Position numbers and translations under genes: made by a program. Positions 49,564-64,000 of a DNA stretch of 64,000 bases are shown here, one piece after another. The notes beneath the pieces were generated by a model. It did not search any database, was not told the origin of the DNA, and saw only the letters and a program-made list of their open reading frames with translations. The stretch covers positions 371,110 through 435,109 of the forward strand of contig NIVC01000839.1 in assembly GCA_002269645.1 (NCBI GenBank), written 5' to 3'. Every line of letters begins with the position of its first letter. The first letter of the stretch is position 1. This DNA comes from Macrostomum lignano. Taxonomy: Eukaryota.

Positions 49564-50992
49564 TATATGGCGATAGATTTATGCATGTATCTTGCAGTTT
49601 TCTAGATTTTCAGTAAAATATGTCAACATACAAGTATAGCAATTTCGCAAGCAAGCATAAAAAGTTTCGCAATTTCTTTGCGTACAGTGCCTAAATCTAT
49701 AGGTCACATCATGGTTGGCGATAGTCGCCTAAAAAGCGGAAGTTTGAACTGTCTGTCAGAGAAAAACTGCCATGTTTTCCTTGCATTACAGTAACGCAAA
49801 GATTAATCGAGGAATAGTTTGCTTAGCAACGAGTCAGCGACATGTAGCTTGTACATACTAAAGAGCAGCTATTCTACGTTGGCTTTTTCTTAGACAAATA
49901 TTTAACCAAAACTGATGAAAAATTCATCCTTGGCTGGCTTGATACTGCATGTGAGCCTCTTTTTTTCTAATTGTAAGTTTCTCATCATCAGTGCTGTGCT
50001 GCTTTCCCTACTTTTGCGCGACAAACTGCCGTTATCAGCTGTCTGTCACATCTTTAGAATCCACTTAATACGAGCGAATGCATGTTTGCCATTGAATCAA
50101 TATTTCAGTGTGTAGCTCATATTTGGCCTGCTTCTCAAGCCACCTCCAGCGGGATGATAGAAAATGTTAGCTCTTAAGATATGCCATATAGGCAGCTAAC
50201 AAGTTTAAACCAAAGATCATATCTCTTATCTCTTATATCTAAAGCTGAGTGGATCGATCGATCGACCGGCCGGGTTTAACGCGTATCTCCTCCTAGACGG
50301 CTGGCAACTCAAATGCGAGACTTATATCTATCAATGCAGAATTTTCCTACGCAACAAATAGGCTATTTTAATGTTGAAAATTTAAAAGTTATATACATAT
50401 ATACACAAGATGGGCCACTCATTAACCACTCATGTGGCCATAGAAGCAAATGTAAAAAATTTTGCAACTCGCGACAGCGCGAAAATCAGCTACTGAACTC
50501 AATTTCGTCAGTAGTCTCTGCAGTGCATGCATCATTCTTAGTTTGATTGAGTAGCTTTTTATTCAATTCATGGGAAGTTCTATTAATTCTCAAAATATAG
50601 TGTCAATGTCCCTAAGCTACTGAACTCAAATTTATAAGCAACCCAATGTCGGCTTTTTCGCACAAGTGACGACAAACAGCGGTCGCGCTTTCCCAATTAC
50701 CGCCATACAAAGTGGCCTATCTACGGAATATAAGGTCTATGGTTTAAACCAATAAAGTGTCATAACAGTTTAAACATGACATACACATGTCTTACTTTCA
50801 CTTATGGCAAACAAGATTTCGTAGGCAACCGTTCAAAATCAAACAATGTTTTTATCTACGTAGGCTGAAGCTGTTTGGTGTCCAAAACTGTCATAGTTTC
50901 TCATTTTTTGCTTCACTTCGTTTTACATTGCTGCTGGTCTCGACGATGCTATAATATACGCTCGTATGGATTCGCCCGAGAGCGATCCTTAC

Positions 50993-63354
<12,362 letters not shown>

Positions 63355-63514
63355 CTGTTATGTAAAAATGAGGGAAATTGTTGGGATGCGTTACTGTTGT
63401 ATATACAGTTCGGTTGAATTACATAAAATTAGTAGATTGTGCTTTCTTAATGTTTAATGTAGTTAGGAACTTTATTAAATATCCAGGGCGATCACAATGA
63501 CTCCTGAGAGATGT

Positions 63515-63775
63515 TGTACGGGAGTGGGGAGTGAGATGTCCATGAGAATCAGCAGGTGATTGAGAGATGTCCATGAGAATCAGGTGATTGTATGAGAGAT
63601 GTCCATGAGAATCAGCAGGTGATTGAGAGATGTCCATGAGAATCAGGTGATTGTATGAGAGATGTCCATGAGAATCAGCAGGTGATTGGAGAGATGTCAC
63701 GAGAATCAGGTGATTGTATGAGAGATGTCCATGAGAATCAGCAGGTGATTGGAGAGATGTCCACGAGAATCTGTG
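63515..63775. repeat. Alternating 31/32-bp minisatellite in an SLC6 intron
   Basis: gagatgtccatgagaatcagcaggtgattga alternates with gagatgtccatgagaatcaggtgattgtatga. Confidence 0.9.
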
Positions 63776-64000
63776 AGAAAATATTGATACTATCGTCATG
63801 AATATTTTAATGCAAAAGTCTATCTTTTGAGAATCACAAAATTAAAATCACAAAATCACAAAATTTGAAAATCACTAAAGAGATGCATCTGTTTGACGAA
63901 GTTGACCTTTGCTACGAGCTAGCGCTAAATTCACGCAAACGCAAAGGAGGAACAGCAATAATTTTGTTTTGGGCCGCAAGTAAAAGAACAAAAAAAGAGT

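Overview
Eukaryotic (metazoan, invertebrate-like) genomic DNA with GT-AG introns. The heavy minisatellite load recalls the flatworm Macrostomum, but that is inference only. No prokaryotic or phage system, CRISPR array, rRNA or true tRNA gene was seen. Six protein-coding genes were reconstructed by hand with phase-consistent splice sites. They are an Mxd/Mnt-family bHLH-ZIP repressor (+), an MBOAT1/2-like acyltransferase (-), a quiver/sleepless-like Ly6 GPI protein (+), an intronless 312-aa secreted protein (+), an SLC6 amino-acid-type transporter (-, 5' end outside the window) and a BTB-BACK (BTBD17-like) gene. The BTB-BACK gene lies entirely inside an SLC6 intron on the same strand. The rest is tandem repeats (including a 10.4-kb 36-bp satellite and a 2.2-kb (GTTA)n intron), MITEs, a deleted Tc1 element and tRNA-derived SINEs. 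The most notable observations are: the same-strand nested gene; a sharply bounded 5-kb CpG-depleted block with direct CG-to-TG evidence; intronic tandem arrays whose units look like amplified splice signals; and a -1 frame shift at an A AAA AAT heptamer in the Mxd-like gene. All coordinates and counts were read by eye.
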